DNA of 64,000 nt. Source: a phage. Below are positions 1 through 9,411 of the stretch, piece after piece (the first letter of the stretch is position 1; the number at the start of each line of letters is the position of its first letter). The notes below the pieces were generated by a model. The model ran no database searches. It was given only the letters and a program-made list of their open reading frames with translations, and was not told where the DNA came from. Both the position numbers and the translations under genes were made by a program. Location: sequence record PV730300.1. The stretch is one strand, 5' to 3'.

Positions 1-20
1 CACAAGAAGAGAGAAAAATC

Positions 21-305
21 ATGAAAATCACAAAAAGCCTAACTAATTATGCAGCACGTCGCGGATTATGTTTAACCGTTGAAAACTTAGGGAAAGAAGA
101 CTTTTTGTGTTTTTGGGAGCTTGAAAATGATTGCGAGTGGATGTTTTCTTATTCTATCTGCGAAGATCAAAACGGTTGTTTGTTAACCTGTCGCGGTAAT
201 ATCTATTTACCGGAAGAAATTAAAGAAGAGTTACCAGGTACGATCATGACAGAGAGACAGCTTAAGGAAGTGATCAATTTTGTAGGGCAAAACATTAAAA
301 AATAA
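21..305 (+). CDS. hypothetical protein (94 aa)
   Basis: ORF track; ATG preceded by AGAGAAAAA; first gene of rightward array. Confidence 0.45.
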   Translation: MKITKSLTNYAARRGLCLTVENLGKEDFLCFWELENDCEWMFSYSICEDQNGCLLTCRGNIYLPEEIKEELPGTIMTERQLKEVINFVGQNIKK

Positions 306-306
306 T

Positions 307-336
307 TTGACAGTAGGCAAACAACGTAGTAAAGTT
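307..336 (+). promoter_or_regulatory. sigma70-like promoter (TTGACA-N17-TAAAGT)
   Basis: TTGACA at 307-312, TAAAGT at 330-335; followed by leader hairpin GAGCGGCGG...CCACCGCTC at about 346-369. Confidence 0.45.
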
Positions 337-390
337 TATTACATAGAGCGGCGGAATGGTCCACCGCTCACAACAGAAGAGAAACAAATC

Positions 391-561
391 ATGATCCCGA
401 CTATGTTTTATGTATCGCGCAAAGGTCACAATATTTTTTGGTCTGAAGATTTAAATGAAGCTATGACGTTTGCCCGTGATCGTGTTGCTATCGGTGGCGT
501 TAACATCACTGTAACCGATGAAAACGGCATTGAATACTATAACGGCGACGATGAAGAGTAA
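391..561 (+). CDS. hypothetical protein (56 aa)
   Basis: Track ORF 307..561 starts at a TTG that is the promoter -35 box; ATG at 391 follows GAGAAACAAATC. Confidence 0.4.
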   Translation: MIPTMFYVSRKGHNIFWSEDLNEAMTFARDRVAIGGVNITVTDENGIEYYNGDDEE

Positions 562-608
562 TTAATAAGGCGGGGGAGTATTCCCCGCCGTCAATAAAGA
601 GGTAAATC

Positions 609-878
609 ATGAAAATATCATTAGACGTTGCAATCAAGGCCATCGAATCCGGTTACATCCTGGTAAAAGATGATAAGGCTAAAATTGTGCACCACGTTAA
701 CAAGGAAACAGGCGAAAGCATGATCACATATAAAGCCGCCTATCTTCTCCAATCAGTAGCAGATCCGCGCGTACAGCGCCAGGTGACGGCGGCTATTGCT
801 AAAAAATTATGCGCTTTACAGGGTACAAGCTTTAACGAGATCGCCCCGTGTTTTGTCTGGTCAAGCTTGAAAAAATAG
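609..878 (+). CDS. hypothetical protein (89 aa)
   Basis: ORF track; RBS AAAGAGG upstream of ATG. Confidence 0.5.
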   Translation: MKISLDVAIKAIESGYILVKDDKAKIVHHVNKETGESMITYKAAYLLQSVADPRVQRQVTAAIAKKLCALQGTSFNEIAPCFVWSSLKK

Positions 879-906
879 TTTGACAACAGCCAATAATCTG
901 ATAAAG
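879..906 (+). promoter_or_regulatory. sigma70-like promoter (TTGACA-N16-TAAAGT)
   Basis: Same box architecture as promoter at 307; leader hairpin GGGCG...CGCCC at about 917-940. Confidence 0.45.
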
Positions 907-959
907 TGTACTACATAGGGCGGGGCAATAAGGCAACGCCCATTAATGAGGGTAAAATC

Positions 960-1064
960 ATGTTAGAGAAAATTTTCACGGTTGTAATAGTGGGCCTGGC
1001 GTTATCGGTTGGAGTGGTTGCAACTATGGCTAACATGATCCTATCTTCCCACGGTATCGGTTAA
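960..1064 (+). CDS. small hydrophobic peptide (34 aa, MLEKIFTVVIVGLALSVGVVATMANMILSSHGIG)
   Basis: Own translation; RBS GAGGG 8 nt upstream; below ORF-track size cutoff. Confidence 0.35.
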   Translation: MLEKIFTVVIVGLALSVGVVATMANMILSSHGIG

Positions 1065-1074
1065 GGTGAAACAA

Positions 1075-1290
1075 ATGATCACGAATAAGACAGGTAAAAC
1101 GGAATTTTTACGCGGCTTGCAAGTTGGTAAACCTAAGATCTGGCATTGTACTAAATCCGCGCATAATGAAATGAAAGATTTTACCGCTACTTTACAACGT
1201 GTTAAAATATCTATCACACAGAAAAAAGCCTTGTTAGTAGTAGAAAACGAGATCCCGCAAACCATTATCATTGTTGAGCGTACAGCATGA
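1075..1290 (+). CDS. hypothetical protein
   Basis: Track ORF 1066..1290 (GTG); ATG at 1075 after AAGGTG. Confidence 0.4.
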   Translation: MITNKTGKTEFLRGLQVGKPKIWHCTKSAHNEMKDFTATLQRVKISITQKKALLVVENEIPQTIIIVERTA

Positions 1291-1673
1291 AAACAGAAAA
1301 CATTAACGAAATGATCAACGGTTATATAGAAGCTTTTGTTTTTGCAGAAAGTGCAAGCTATTACAATGGCGACTATATCCCGGATCTGGCGAGGTTTGAT
1401 CTTTCTTCTCAAGCCCTGGACCGTATCGCGGACGATGTAACCGCCTTTATTAATGCTAATCTTACCGCTATCTTTGAGGCAATGAGCAACGGAGCAACAG
1501 CCAACCAGATCGGGAATGATTTACATTTCACCCGCAACGGGCACGGCGTAGGTTTTTGGGATCGCCCTGAAATATATACCCCTAACACGGCGAACCGCCT
1601 AACCAGTGCCGCCGAGGTCATGCCGGACGTGTCGGCTTACATTGGTGAAGATAATTTGATTTATATAGAATAA
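1287..1673 (+). CDS. hypothetical protein (128 aa)
   Basis: ORF track; ATGA overlap with upstream ORF. Confidence 0.5.
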   Translation: MKTENINEMINGYIEAFVFAESASYYNGDYIPDLARFDLSSQALDRIADDVTAFINANLTAIFEAMSNGATANQIGNDLHFTRNGHGVGFWDRPEIYTPNTANRLTSAAEVMPDVSAYIGEDNLIYIE

Positions 1674-1679
1674 AAAGTA

Positions 1680-1708
1680 TTGACACCGATCCCCAATATG
1701 TTACTATT
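1680..1708 (+). promoter_or_regulatory. sigma70-like promoter
   Basis: TTGACA at 1680-1685, TACTAT-like -10; leader hairpin GGCGGGA...TCCCGCC at about 1718-1739. Confidence 0.4.
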
Positions 1709-1762
1709 TACCACGTAGGCGGGAAAATGGTTTCCCGCCAGGTAATCAAAAAGGTAAACATT

Positions 1763-2152
1763 ATGCGCAACCTGGTTTCTGTTTCTAACGTTGAAAAATT
1801 TCAATCCTTGCAGGGTATCGTTAACAACGTAGCGCCTTTTTTAGTCAAAGGCTTGATTGTAAAGATGAAAAATAAACATCATACGGCATGGTCTGCTTAT
1901 TGCTTTGATAATGATGAAAAAGCGGCTGAAATGATGTTAAATATGCTTTTGGATAGTGTAGAATCATCTTTACCGGAAAACATCGCAGAAGAGATCACCT
2001 ATCGTTATAATACGGCGATCACCTTTCAGGAGGTTGCACAATTCAACATGCTGGACGATGACGAACAACAAGATCAGGAAATGTTTTGGGAGTACGCGGA
2101 TCGTCAAGCGGCTTTTGATGAAAAGTTAGCGATGTATTATAACGAATATTAA
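1763..2152 (+). CDS. hypothetical protein (about 129 aa)
   Basis: Track ORF 1727..2152; ATG at 1763 preceded by AAAAAGG. Confidence 0.45.
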   Translation: MRNLVSVSNVEKFQSLQGIVNNVAPFLVKGLIVKMKNKHHTAWSAYCFDNDEKAAEMMLNMLLDSVESSLPENIAEEITYRYNTAITFQEVAQFNMLDDDEQQDQEMFWEYADRQAAFDEKLAMYYNEY

Positions 2153-2170
2153 TACACGGTAAAAGAAAGG

Positions 2171-2194
2171 GGGCGCACAAAGCGCCCTTTTTTG
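2171..2194 (+). terminator. rho-independent terminator (GGGCGC-ACAAA-GCGCCC + T-run)
   Basis: Perfect 6-bp GC stem followed by TTTTTT. Confidence 0.6.
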
Positions 2195-2626
2195 TATTCT
2201 TTTTTCACGATGGAAACAACACGTAAAGAATAGGCGTAAAGGTGGCGTAAAGGTGGCGTAAAACCATCTAAAACCGACTGTAACCGCTTAAACAAGGTGG
2301 CAATGATTAATCACCTTACCAGGATGAAAAAGCCGTTATAAAGCTATCTAGAGCGTTTAAAGCACATGGGAAATAATTTGCTTTTTATCTTGCCTTTTAT
2401 TCTGCTTTTGATTATTATTATGGAACGGGCGGCACCTGGGGACAGGTGAAGATAATCACCGGAAGATCCCGCTATATATCGATAGCTAATACCTATCAAA
2501 CAACAAAACATCAAAGAGATAAACTATCAAATCTTTACAATCCTACATATTGACCGATAAATCACAACAGTTTAATATTGTTTTTAGAGGGTAGAACATA
2601 CCCAAAACGAAAACAGGAAAAAGAAA

Positions 2627-2863
2627 ATGAAAGAAGTCATGATCCTCAAAAAATCACCTATTTTACGTGGTGGCTTTATCGCTTACTCCGATGATCTGTT
2701 AATTGCAACGGTTGCAAAAATACTAAAATCAGAAGAGGATAGTAAAAACGGCGTTTATCGTATCTGTTTCACCCGTGGGAAGTTGCAAGGTAAGATCGCT
2801 TATGCTTTTGATTTACAAGATGTAAACGATAAAATATGCGCTGTTATTGATTATGCGAAATAG
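2627..2863 (+). CDS. hypothetical protein (78 aa)
   Basis: ORF track; isolated ORF inside otherwise non-coding region. Confidence 0.35.
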   Translation: MKEVMILKKSPILRGGFIAYSDDLLIATVAKILKSEEDSKNGVYRICFTRGKLQGKIAYAFDLQDVNDKICAVIDYAK

Positions 2864-2927
2864 TTAATTTTCTTATTGACACCGGATCTACTCAATATAT
2901 GAAGCGTTATAATTGACAACAAAACAA

Positions 2928-2955
2928 GGGGGCGCACAAAGCGCCCTTTCTTTTT
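2928..2955 (+). terminator. rho-independent terminator (second copy of GGGGCGCACAAAGCGCCC hairpin)
   Basis: Near-identical hairpin to 2171-2194 followed by T-rich tract. Confidence 0.5.
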
Positions 2956-4537
2956 GCCCGAAAAATGTTGATAGCTTTCGCCTATGAAAAACCGACACAG
3001 AGCAAAACTGAATAAATCACGGTATCAAGCTAATCAACCATCAAATGAATAACCATACACCCCAGGGCAAAAGGCCGTCAGAGAGCTATTTATAGCGTTT
3101 AAAATCGATCAACAGCCAACAACAAACCATCAAAAACACCCTTTTACCTCCTTTCTAGTGCAATGATAACCATTATCATCTACCCATGATTATCTATGCA
3201 ATATAAGCGCATAGTTATAGTGTTGATAATAGTTCGCAACAACTAACCAACAAACAACATAAAACAATAAGCAAACTAATCATAATCAAAGGAATAATAG
3301 CAAGATGATTGATAACGGCAAACAATTAAACCGTGATGAATAGTAAGCAAAATAACGATAACACGACAAAACAACCAACTAACGAACAATAACAAACGAA
3401 ACCATTAAAATAATAACTATTGCCATAATAGTAACTGAATGAAATCATTACAAAACAAATCATTCCCAGGATCATCATTAGCACGCTATGCCGGACACAT
3501 AGCGAGCTAATAATAAGCCAACTACACCCCAACAATCATAACCATCGGTGATGGTTATTTCTTGTTACTGCGTAGCTTGCAATAATTGCAAGCGTAATGA
3601 CGCTTACACTTATTGCGCTGGCTTATTATTAGCATTATATGTAATTACCAAGATCATAACATTAGCGCAATAACAATAATCATTGTAATGGTTACAATAT
3701 GAAATCATTAGCAAGATGAATAATTGCACGTAGCAACATGAGCGAATAGCGACAGGTTGCATAGTGTGCACATAATAGAATAAAAGTCAATAATTTTGGG
3801 GGCGAAATGTTACCGCCAGGGGCGGGAATGTTGAGCACTAAGAAAAGAGATAAACCTTAATCATGGGGGGCGTAAATATCCGAGGATTGCCAACGGCGAT
3901 CCGGTAGGATGTTGAGCAAGTTCTCTTAAACGTAAATAAAATCAGAAAATTCTTGATTTATTTTAGTTTTTATGTTAATAAACGTTTAAATAATAATCAT
4001 TCTCATATAGATAATAGTCTGCTTGTCATGAGCGGGATCGGTTGACATTGTTCCGTCATATGATGAAGTTGCCAAACCATTGATAAATAAGTGTTTGTGT
4101 GATTTATAATCAAATGGCCCACCTTGTCGCTATGTTGGTATGAGCCTTGCATAAGTCATTGAATACAAATGATAATTATTCTCATTCGCATGATATTTGG
4201 GAATTGTCGCTGCGTGGACCTGACGGCCCGAAAATTCGCGTTAAGCACTTCTTACGTATGCGCCATGATTTTTGCCATATTATATTGATTCTATTAGATA
4301 TTCTTGCCATGATTGCCATGAAACAGGGTGTCCCGAAATAATCTCTCCCCGTAGATATTTTGGGTTACTTTTTATACAAGAGTAGGGTGTCAAAAATAAT
4401 CGGTATATATGGGATAATTGATAGGAATCCCCTATGATAATTCGATTGTAATTCCCTGAGATTGATCGTATGATGTTGGTAGATGTTAGTGATTGATGAT
4501 TGCCATGAAAGATGGCTAACGATGAGAGGAGATTATC

Positions 4538-4942
4538 ATGCAAGAGAGTAAAAATGTTCCGTTGAGCAGTATAGTATTGCTTCGATTCTACAAAGCATGG
4601 ATGGCTGATCACTTCAGTATGGATCGCACGAAGAATGGTCTGTGCAATTGTCTTATCAATTTCCTAGCCTCAACACTGCAACCTGAAAATCCGACAGAGG
4701 ACCAATGGATAACCTACTTGAAGGTGCGTAATAAGATTGTAAGAGAGATGAAATCTCAATTCATTTGTGCAAACCTGTCTTATGTCTTTCCATTTAACAT
4801 GGGATTCAAAGATTACGAAGACGAAACCAGATACAAAAGATGCCATGAAAATCCCCTCCGTGTGCAATGGGTGGAGGACAGAATTCAAGATTGTTTGAAT
4901 AATTATGAGGAGGTGTTATGCGAACAAAACAAGTCTCATTGA
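4538..4942 (+). CDS. hypothetical protein, member of 6-copy paralog family (GLCxCL / PFN / HxNxxRxxWVKD motifs)
   Basis: ORF track; RBS GAGAGGAG; shares motifs with ORFs at 4918, 8176, 11505, 14349, 15654. Confidence 0.55.
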   Translation: MQESKNVPLSSIVLLRFYKAWMADHFSMDRTKNGLCNCLINFLASTLQPENPTEDQWITYLKVRNKIVREMKSQFICANLSYVFPFNMGFKDYEDETRYKRCHENPLRVQWVEDRIQDCLNNYEEVLCEQNKSH

Positions 4943-5283
4943 GTAGTACGATGTTGTTGATGTTTTATAAAAGGTGGTTGGAAGGAGATACCTCCCTTAA
5001 TCTCACAGAGCACGGGTTGTGTTTATGTATTAATCATTTTGTGCGAAGTCATTATGCAAAGGATGTGCACAGTCCCAGATGGTATGATGACATGGTGAAC
5101 AGTTTGTTATATGAAATGCGCAAGCAATTTGAAGAAGCTGGTCTTAGTGCTATTAATCCATTTAACAAAGTATATGCAGATTACTTCCTTGAAGTTGAGA
5201 ACAAAATGTGTCATCTGAACCCGCTTCGCATTCAATGGGTGAAAGATCGTATTGAAGATGCAAATAATGCTTGCATTGAATAA
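4918..5283 (+). CDS. hypothetical protein, paralog family member
   Basis: LCLCI, NPFN, CHLNPLRIQWVKDRI motifs shared with 4538 ORF. Confidence 0.55.
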   Translation: MRTKQVSLSSTMLLMFYKRWLEGDTSLNLTEHGLCLCINHFVRSHYAKDVHSPRWYDDMVNSLLYEMRKQFEEAGLSAINPFNKVYADYFLEVENKMCHLNPLRIQWVKDRIEDANNACIE

Positions 5284-5342
5284 AAATGTCTGTATGATGG
5301 TTTGCATACCGCGCATAACAGATAGCCAATGAGGAGATTGAA

Positions 5343-5552
5343 ATGTCAAATATGAAAACTGTATCCTTGTATTTAGCTAACACTGATCGTGTGCACACCC
5401 TTGCTAACGCAAGTCGTGTACTCGTGCAGTTCCGAAACTTCGCACCGTCCGTTGTGACGGGTAGTGAAACGTGTGTGATCGATTTCATCAATGAATATTT
5501 CTACGGGAATCCTGTTGCTCGTCACTTCGTGGAGAATATGAAAGATGCATAA
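5343..5552 (+). CDS. hypothetical protein
   Basis: ORF track; RBS GAGGAG. Confidence 0.45.
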   Translation: MSNMKTVSLYLANTDRVHTLANASRVLVQFRNFAPSVVTGSETCVIDFINEYFYGNPVARHFVENMKDA

Positions 5553-5775
5553 CATGAAACGCATGAAAATTCGTATTGAGAATGATGGTGGTTATAAAGG
5601 ACTTATCCATGCAAAATTTCCACTTGTGTTGGAAGCTACGGTGGAATACAGTGGGCTTGCTCATGTGCGATTCTCGAAGATGATGGAAGTGCAGGAGTGG
5701 TTTTGGGACGAGATAGATGCACGAGAAGGGGAAGATTATGTTTTCTTTCCTCACGAATATGAAATTGTCTATTAA
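5545..5775 (+). CDS. hypothetical protein; paralog of 8886..9107 (shared EWFxxExxxxEGxDYVFF C-terminus)
   Basis: ORF track; C-terminal similarity to 8886 ORF. Confidence 0.5.
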   Translation: MHNMKRMKIRIENDGGYKGLIHAKFPLVLEATVEYSGLAHVRFSKMMEVQEWFWDEIDAREGEDYVFFPHEYEIVY

Positions 5776-5778
5776 AGG

Positions 5779-6027
5779 TTGTGTGCAATGATCACACCAC
5801 AACAGAATGAAGCAGCAATGGATCTTCTTGATAGTTTGTATTTCGATAATTGGTACTCTGAATGTGAATGGATGAATATGCAAACTCTGAAAGAGAAAAC
5901 AGAAGCGTTGATTACAGTAGATCAATTTCTTGCAGAGACGGAAAGAATGAACTATGATATGGCATCTCGCGCACGACGCGTTTCCATTTTCAATAAAATG
6001 TTAGCATTATGGGGAGGTAGAAAATGA
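5779..6027 (+). CDS. hypothetical protein
   Basis: ORF track. Confidence 0.45.
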   Translation: MCAMITPQQNEAAMDLLDSLYFDNWYSECEWMNMQTLKEKTEALITVDQFLAETERMNYDMASRARRVSIFNKMLALWGGRK

Positions 6028-6485
6028 GACAATTCACTATACTGGCAGCTTATGTGCAATGTGTTCACGATTATGTTAGTGCTCATATAGGTTTGCTGGA
6101 AGTTAATAGTAAAATTGAAGGCAATGTGGGTACTGTCTATGTGCAACATACTTTATCTATCGTGCCGTTTAAAGTGTTCAGTGTTGTAGCTGCCGATTAC
6201 AATCGTGTAGATGTGTGTTTCTTGGATCATAATTTTCGTAACGCACTAGATAATATCGAAGATTATCTTCCCGTGAAACCTTTGTCATTTCCACCGAGTC
6301 GTGCAAATAATGTAGTGACAAACCTTAATGAAAGGAATGTGGCTATGCACAAAAAAGTCCGTCAACTGAAAATGCTGATGGAAATGCAAGAAGAGATTGA
6401 AAAAGAACTGAAAGAAGATTTTGGTATGCTTCCAAAAGACGCTTTGAAATGGTATGATGAACTAGGAAGAGAAAGTTATGAATAA
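6024..6485 (+). CDS. hypothetical protein (153 aa)
   Basis: ORF track; ATGA overlap. Confidence 0.5.
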   Translation: MRQFTILAAYVQCVHDYVSAHIGLLEVNSKIEGNVGTVYVQHTLSIVPFKVFSVVAADYNRVDVCFLDHNFRNALDNIEDYLPVKPLSFPPSRANNVVTNLNERNVAMHKKVRQLKMLMEMQEEIEKELKEDFGMLPKDALKWYDELGRESYE

Positions 6486-6672
6486 AGGAACTACTGTATA
6501 TTTAGTAACAAAGAATACCCCAGGCTGGAGCCAATGCAGCACTGTCCCTTACAAGATCTGTGCAACATTAGAACTAGCACAACGTGCAGAAGCAGAAGTG
6601 GATGCCATGCGATACAGCTACGGTGAAATCATTCCTTTCACTCTTGAACAAGAAGGAGCATACAATGTTTAA
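6478..6672 (+). CDS. hypothetical protein
   Basis: ORF track. Confidence 0.4.
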   Translation: MNKGTTVYLVTKNTPGWSQCSTVPYKICATLELAQRAEAEVDAMRYSYGEIIPFTLEQEGAYNV

Positions 6673-6763
6673 AGAAGGTCATGTCTACCGTTTCCAGGAT
6701 GAAGTTTATAAACGTTTGGTTGTTGCTACCATCGGCGTATCTTTTGTTTAAAAGGGGAATGTT

Positions 6764-7201
6764 ATGTTTAAAGTTAATGCTGTTTACTGTTTCAAAACTA
6801 AAGCTGCCCGTGAAGCTTTCTCTATGATCTCTGATGAAAATTTCAAAATGGCAGCTTTGATTGAAGGGTCTTGTTTTCGCGTCGAAGATGTTAGTGAATC
6901 AGGCTCTGTTTGCTCATTGACTTTATTGGACAGCGGGGATATTATTGAAGCTGGACAGTATCCGTTCAGGAGTTGGGAGATATTGTTAGCTCGCGGAGAG
7001 CGTAACTTTTTTATGTGCGTGTCTGCGGGTGAAGTTGTGAAAGAAACTAAGGATGTTTCTGTTTACAATTCTGAATTTATAAGTTATAGTGAGTATCAAC
7101 ATCTGGAAGGCATTGTTGGTCACTTGTTATCTCTGATTGACGTTGAATGTGACCTGCCTGAATCATTGAAAGAAGAGTTGAAAGCATTAGATCTGTTATA
7201 A
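6764..7201 (+). CDS. hypothetical protein; C-terminus LIDVECDLPESLKEELKALDLL shared with 7528 ORF
   Basis: ORF track; RBS AAGGGGAA. Confidence 0.5.
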   Translation: MFKVNAVYCFKTKAAREAFSMISDENFKMAALIEGSCFRVEDVSESGSVCSLTLLDSGDIIEAGQYPFRSWEILLARGERNFFMCVSAGEVVKETKDVSVYNSEFISYSEYQHLEGIVGHLLSLIDVECDLPESLKEELKALDLL

Positions 7202-7228
7202 TGTTTCGCACAACGAAAGGAGAATAAG

Positions 7229-7528
7229 ATGAATCTGACCGAACAGTTACGCCGTATTGCAAAAGAAGCTTCCTTCAACTTCCCTGTTGAAGAAGTGATC
7301 GAGACTTGTTTTGCTGAAGCACGAGCGGGAAACTCTTCAAGAAATTTCACGCCATCCGATTTTGGTCTGGATAACTCCCCTACTCACCCAGGGGAAATCT
7401 ACAATCAGGTGAAATGGATGGATGAAGCAGTAGCAATTCTTCGTGAGCGTGGGCTTGTTGTTTATAAAGAAATGGACCTAAACGGAGCATACGAGTGGAT
7501 CACTATTGATTGGTCCGAGGTGAAATAA
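7229..7528 (+). CDS. hypothetical protein
   Basis: ORF track; RBS AAAGGAG. Confidence 0.5.
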   Translation: MNLTEQLRRIAKEASFNFPVEEVIETCFAEARAGNSSRNFTPSDFGLDNSPTHPGEIYNQVKWMDEAVAILRERGLVVYKEMDLNGAYEWITIDWSEVK

Positions 7529-7740
7529 TGGTTCTTGAACGTTATGACATTGAAGAAACGAGCAAAAACCCTTTTGCATCTTATCGTTGCATCGTAGAGG
7601 TTGACGAAGGGGATTATGTGTTGTATGATGATTACCAGAAGTTAGCCGAAGCCACCTCTTGGTTGGTTTCGATGCTGGATGTGGAGTGTGATCTTCCGCC
7701 TTCACTGAAAGAAGCACTTGAAGAGCTTGAAATTTTATAA
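7528..7740 (+). CDS. hypothetical protein; paralog of 6764 ORF C-terminus
   Basis: Track ORF 7510..7740 (GTG); ATG at 7528 after GAGGTG. Confidence 0.45.
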   Translation: MVLERYDIEETSKNPFASYRCIVEVDEGDYVLYDDYQKLAEATSWLVSMLDVECDLPPSLKEALEELEIL

Positions 7741-7751
7741 GAGGAGATCGT

Positions 7752-7985
7752 ATGAAAGGTAACAAGATGAAAGTTAATCAAGTGCCGAGCGCATACACCT
7801 TGTGGCTTGCGCGAGCGTTACACCAGACGATCAAAAATCCTAAGAAGCCAATGAAGAGCGGGAAGAAGTTTATGTCTAAGGGCAAAACAACCTTTGGCTT
7901 CACTCGTATGTCTGTTAAGATGAAAAGGCTGGGGTACAAGCCAAACTACGCTCGTTACCCTTCTGAATACAACTGGTTTGACTAA
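7752..7985 (+). CDS. hypothetical basic protein
   Basis: ORF track; RBS AGAGGAG. Confidence 0.45.
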   Translation: MKGNKMKVNQVPSAYTLWLARALHQTIKNPKKPMKSGKKFMSKGKTTFGFTRMSVKMKRLGYKPNYARYPSEYNWFD

Positions 7986-7998
7986 AAGGAGAAAGATT

Positions 7999-8175
7999 AT
8001 GGCTACTTTTCAACAACTGAAAGATGTTTCACGTTTAGTAAGAAAAATCCGAGAAGCAGACGCTGCTGTGCGGAATGCATTAACGCCAGCAGAGCGTGAA
8101 GATCTTGAAGAGGAGGTGAAAACAGCCGAGAATGCTTTTGCTGTGTATCTTTCAACACTGTATACAGGAGGTTAA
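7999..8175 (+). CDS. hypothetical protein
   Basis: Track ORF 7978..8175 (TTG); ATG at 7999 after AAAGGAGAAAG. Confidence 0.4.
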   Translation: MATFQQLKDVSRLVRKIREADAAVRNALTPAEREDLEEEVKTAENAFAVYLSTLYTGG

Positions 8176-8490
8176 ATGTCAGAAGAACTTAAAGAATTTT
8201 ATCAAGCATATCATAACTGGCTGTTAGCTGGTGCTCCAGATAATAATCCTTTCTGGCATGATAAAGGATTATGTAGTTGCCTCTACCTTTGGACTGGAGG
8301 TTATGATGATCTAAATTATGAAATGCAAATGCAATTCCGTGAGGCAGGATTGTCTGAAGAATACCCGTTTGATGACGGAGACTGGTTTAAATATGATTTT
8401 GCACAAAGAAACGGGCTATTGCATTTGAATGCTGCCCGTATAAAATGGGTAAAAGATCATGCTACACAGGAGGATGTGCAATGCCAATAG
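8176..8490 (+). CDS. hypothetical protein, paralog family member (GLCSCL, YPFD, RIKWVKDH)
   Basis: Motif sharing with 4538 family. Confidence 0.55.
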   Translation: MSEELKEFYQAYHNWLLAGAPDNNPFWHDKGLCSCLYLWTGGYDDLNYEMQMQFREAGLSEEYPFDDGDWFKYDFAQRNGLLHLNAARIKWVKDHATQEDVQCQ

Positions 8491-8681
8491 TGTTTAGTTT
8501 CTTGATAATTGTTATGGTTGTTCTTTTCGCGGCATGGCTTTGGGATTTTGACCCAGGAGCAGCGCAGCAAAGAGCTACAGACTGGAAAGAACAATGTATT
8601 GTGCTCAAACATGAACGAAATGCGGAGAAATTTCTTGACCTGGAGTGTGATCGCCTTGTAAGATACAAGCAAGATAAATAA
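8480..8681 (+). CDS. small membrane protein
   Basis: Track ORF 8445..8681; ATG at 8480 after AGGAGG; hydrophobic N-terminus. Confidence 0.4.
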
Positions 8682-8695
8682 CCTTGAGGTGCAAA

Positions 8696-8884
8696 ATGGT
8701 AATTGAGATTAAACTTGAATATGCTGGGGCTGTTGCCCTGATCGCACAAATGTTGGGAGCAAAGATTGAAGAAGTGTGTATCAATGCCTGGAGTGTAGAG
8801 ATTAATGTTCCTATGGATAACATTGCTAATCGCTTGCTGGTGGCAGAGTGTGAACGCACCAACATAATCTACAAAGGAGCATAA
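8696..8884 (+). CDS. hypothetical protein
   Basis: Track ORF 8684..8884 (TTG); ATG at 8696. Confidence 0.4.
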   Translation: MVIEIKLEYAGAVALIAQMLGAKIEEVCINAWSVEINVPMDNIANRLLVAECERTNIIYKGA

Positions 8885-8885
8885 T

Positions 8886-9107
8886 ATGAAAATTAGAGTT
8901 TGTGATGTATTGGGTTATGTTGGTTTTGAGAATGTTCAGATTCCTTTTGTTGTTGAAGCACATCTTGTTAGCGATGATATGACAACATTCTTTGTTACGA
9001 TAGAAGAAATGTCCAAAGTTGAGGGATGGGAGTGGTTTGAAGAAGATGTTTGGGAAGGTTGTGATTACGTATTTTTCTCTGATGAAGTGAATGTTCTTTC
9101 GGAGTAG
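8886..9107 (+). CDS. hypothetical protein; paralog of 5545 ORF
   Basis: ORF track; shared WEWFEEDVWEGCDYVFFSDE-type C-terminus. Confidence 0.5.
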   Translation: MKIRVCDVLGYVGFENVQIPFVVEAHLVSDDMTTFFVTIEEMSKVEGWEWFEEDVWEGCDYVFFSDEVNVLSE

Positions 9108-9109
9108 GT

Positions 9110-9316
9110 ATGTCTTGTTTTACGAAAGCAGTATCCATATGTAAGAAACAGTATGAAAGTGATTACGGAATATTTAATATTCCAGCAGATCATACGGAGT
9201 ATTGTTCATGTGGTGGCAGAATGAAGAAAACAGTGATTTATGCGGATAATGAAGATGAACTTGTTCCGGTTATGGTTTGCAAAGCTTGTCATTCTGTTAA
9301 AACATTAAAAGCGTAA
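9110..9316 (+). CDS. hypothetical Cys-rich protein (possible zinc ribbon)
   Basis: ORF track; CxC...CxxC spacing. Confidence 0.4.
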   Translation: MSCFTKAVSICKKQYESDYGIFNIPADHTEYCSCGGRMKKTVIYADNEDELVPVMVCKACHSVKTLKA

Positions 9317-9411
9317 GGAGTCGGGACACCCGACGATTGGAGCTAAAAATTTTGCGTACAACCCTTTCCGCCCAACAGGGGCGCGTCGGGTAAATAAAGA
9401 GGAGAGTTTAT

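Noticed and set aside
307-390. TTG-initiated 5' extension of ORF 307..561
   Set aside because: The TTG is the -35 hexamer of a promoter; an ATG with an RBS is present at 391.
1041-1621. Minus-strand ORFs 1041..1412 and 1409..1621
   Set aside because: Antisense to well-packed plus-strand genes with RBSs; Cys/Phe-rich translations typical of antisense reading of AT-rich DNA.
2231-2262. Tandem GGTGGCGTAAA repeats as a possible CRISPR array
   Set aside because: Only about 2.5 copies of an 11-nt unit with no spacers; far too short for a CRISPR array.
3326-3535. 69-aa minus-strand ORF inside the A/C-skewed region
   Set aside because: Arises from low-complexity repeat sequence; extremely hydrophobic repetitive translation and no RBS.
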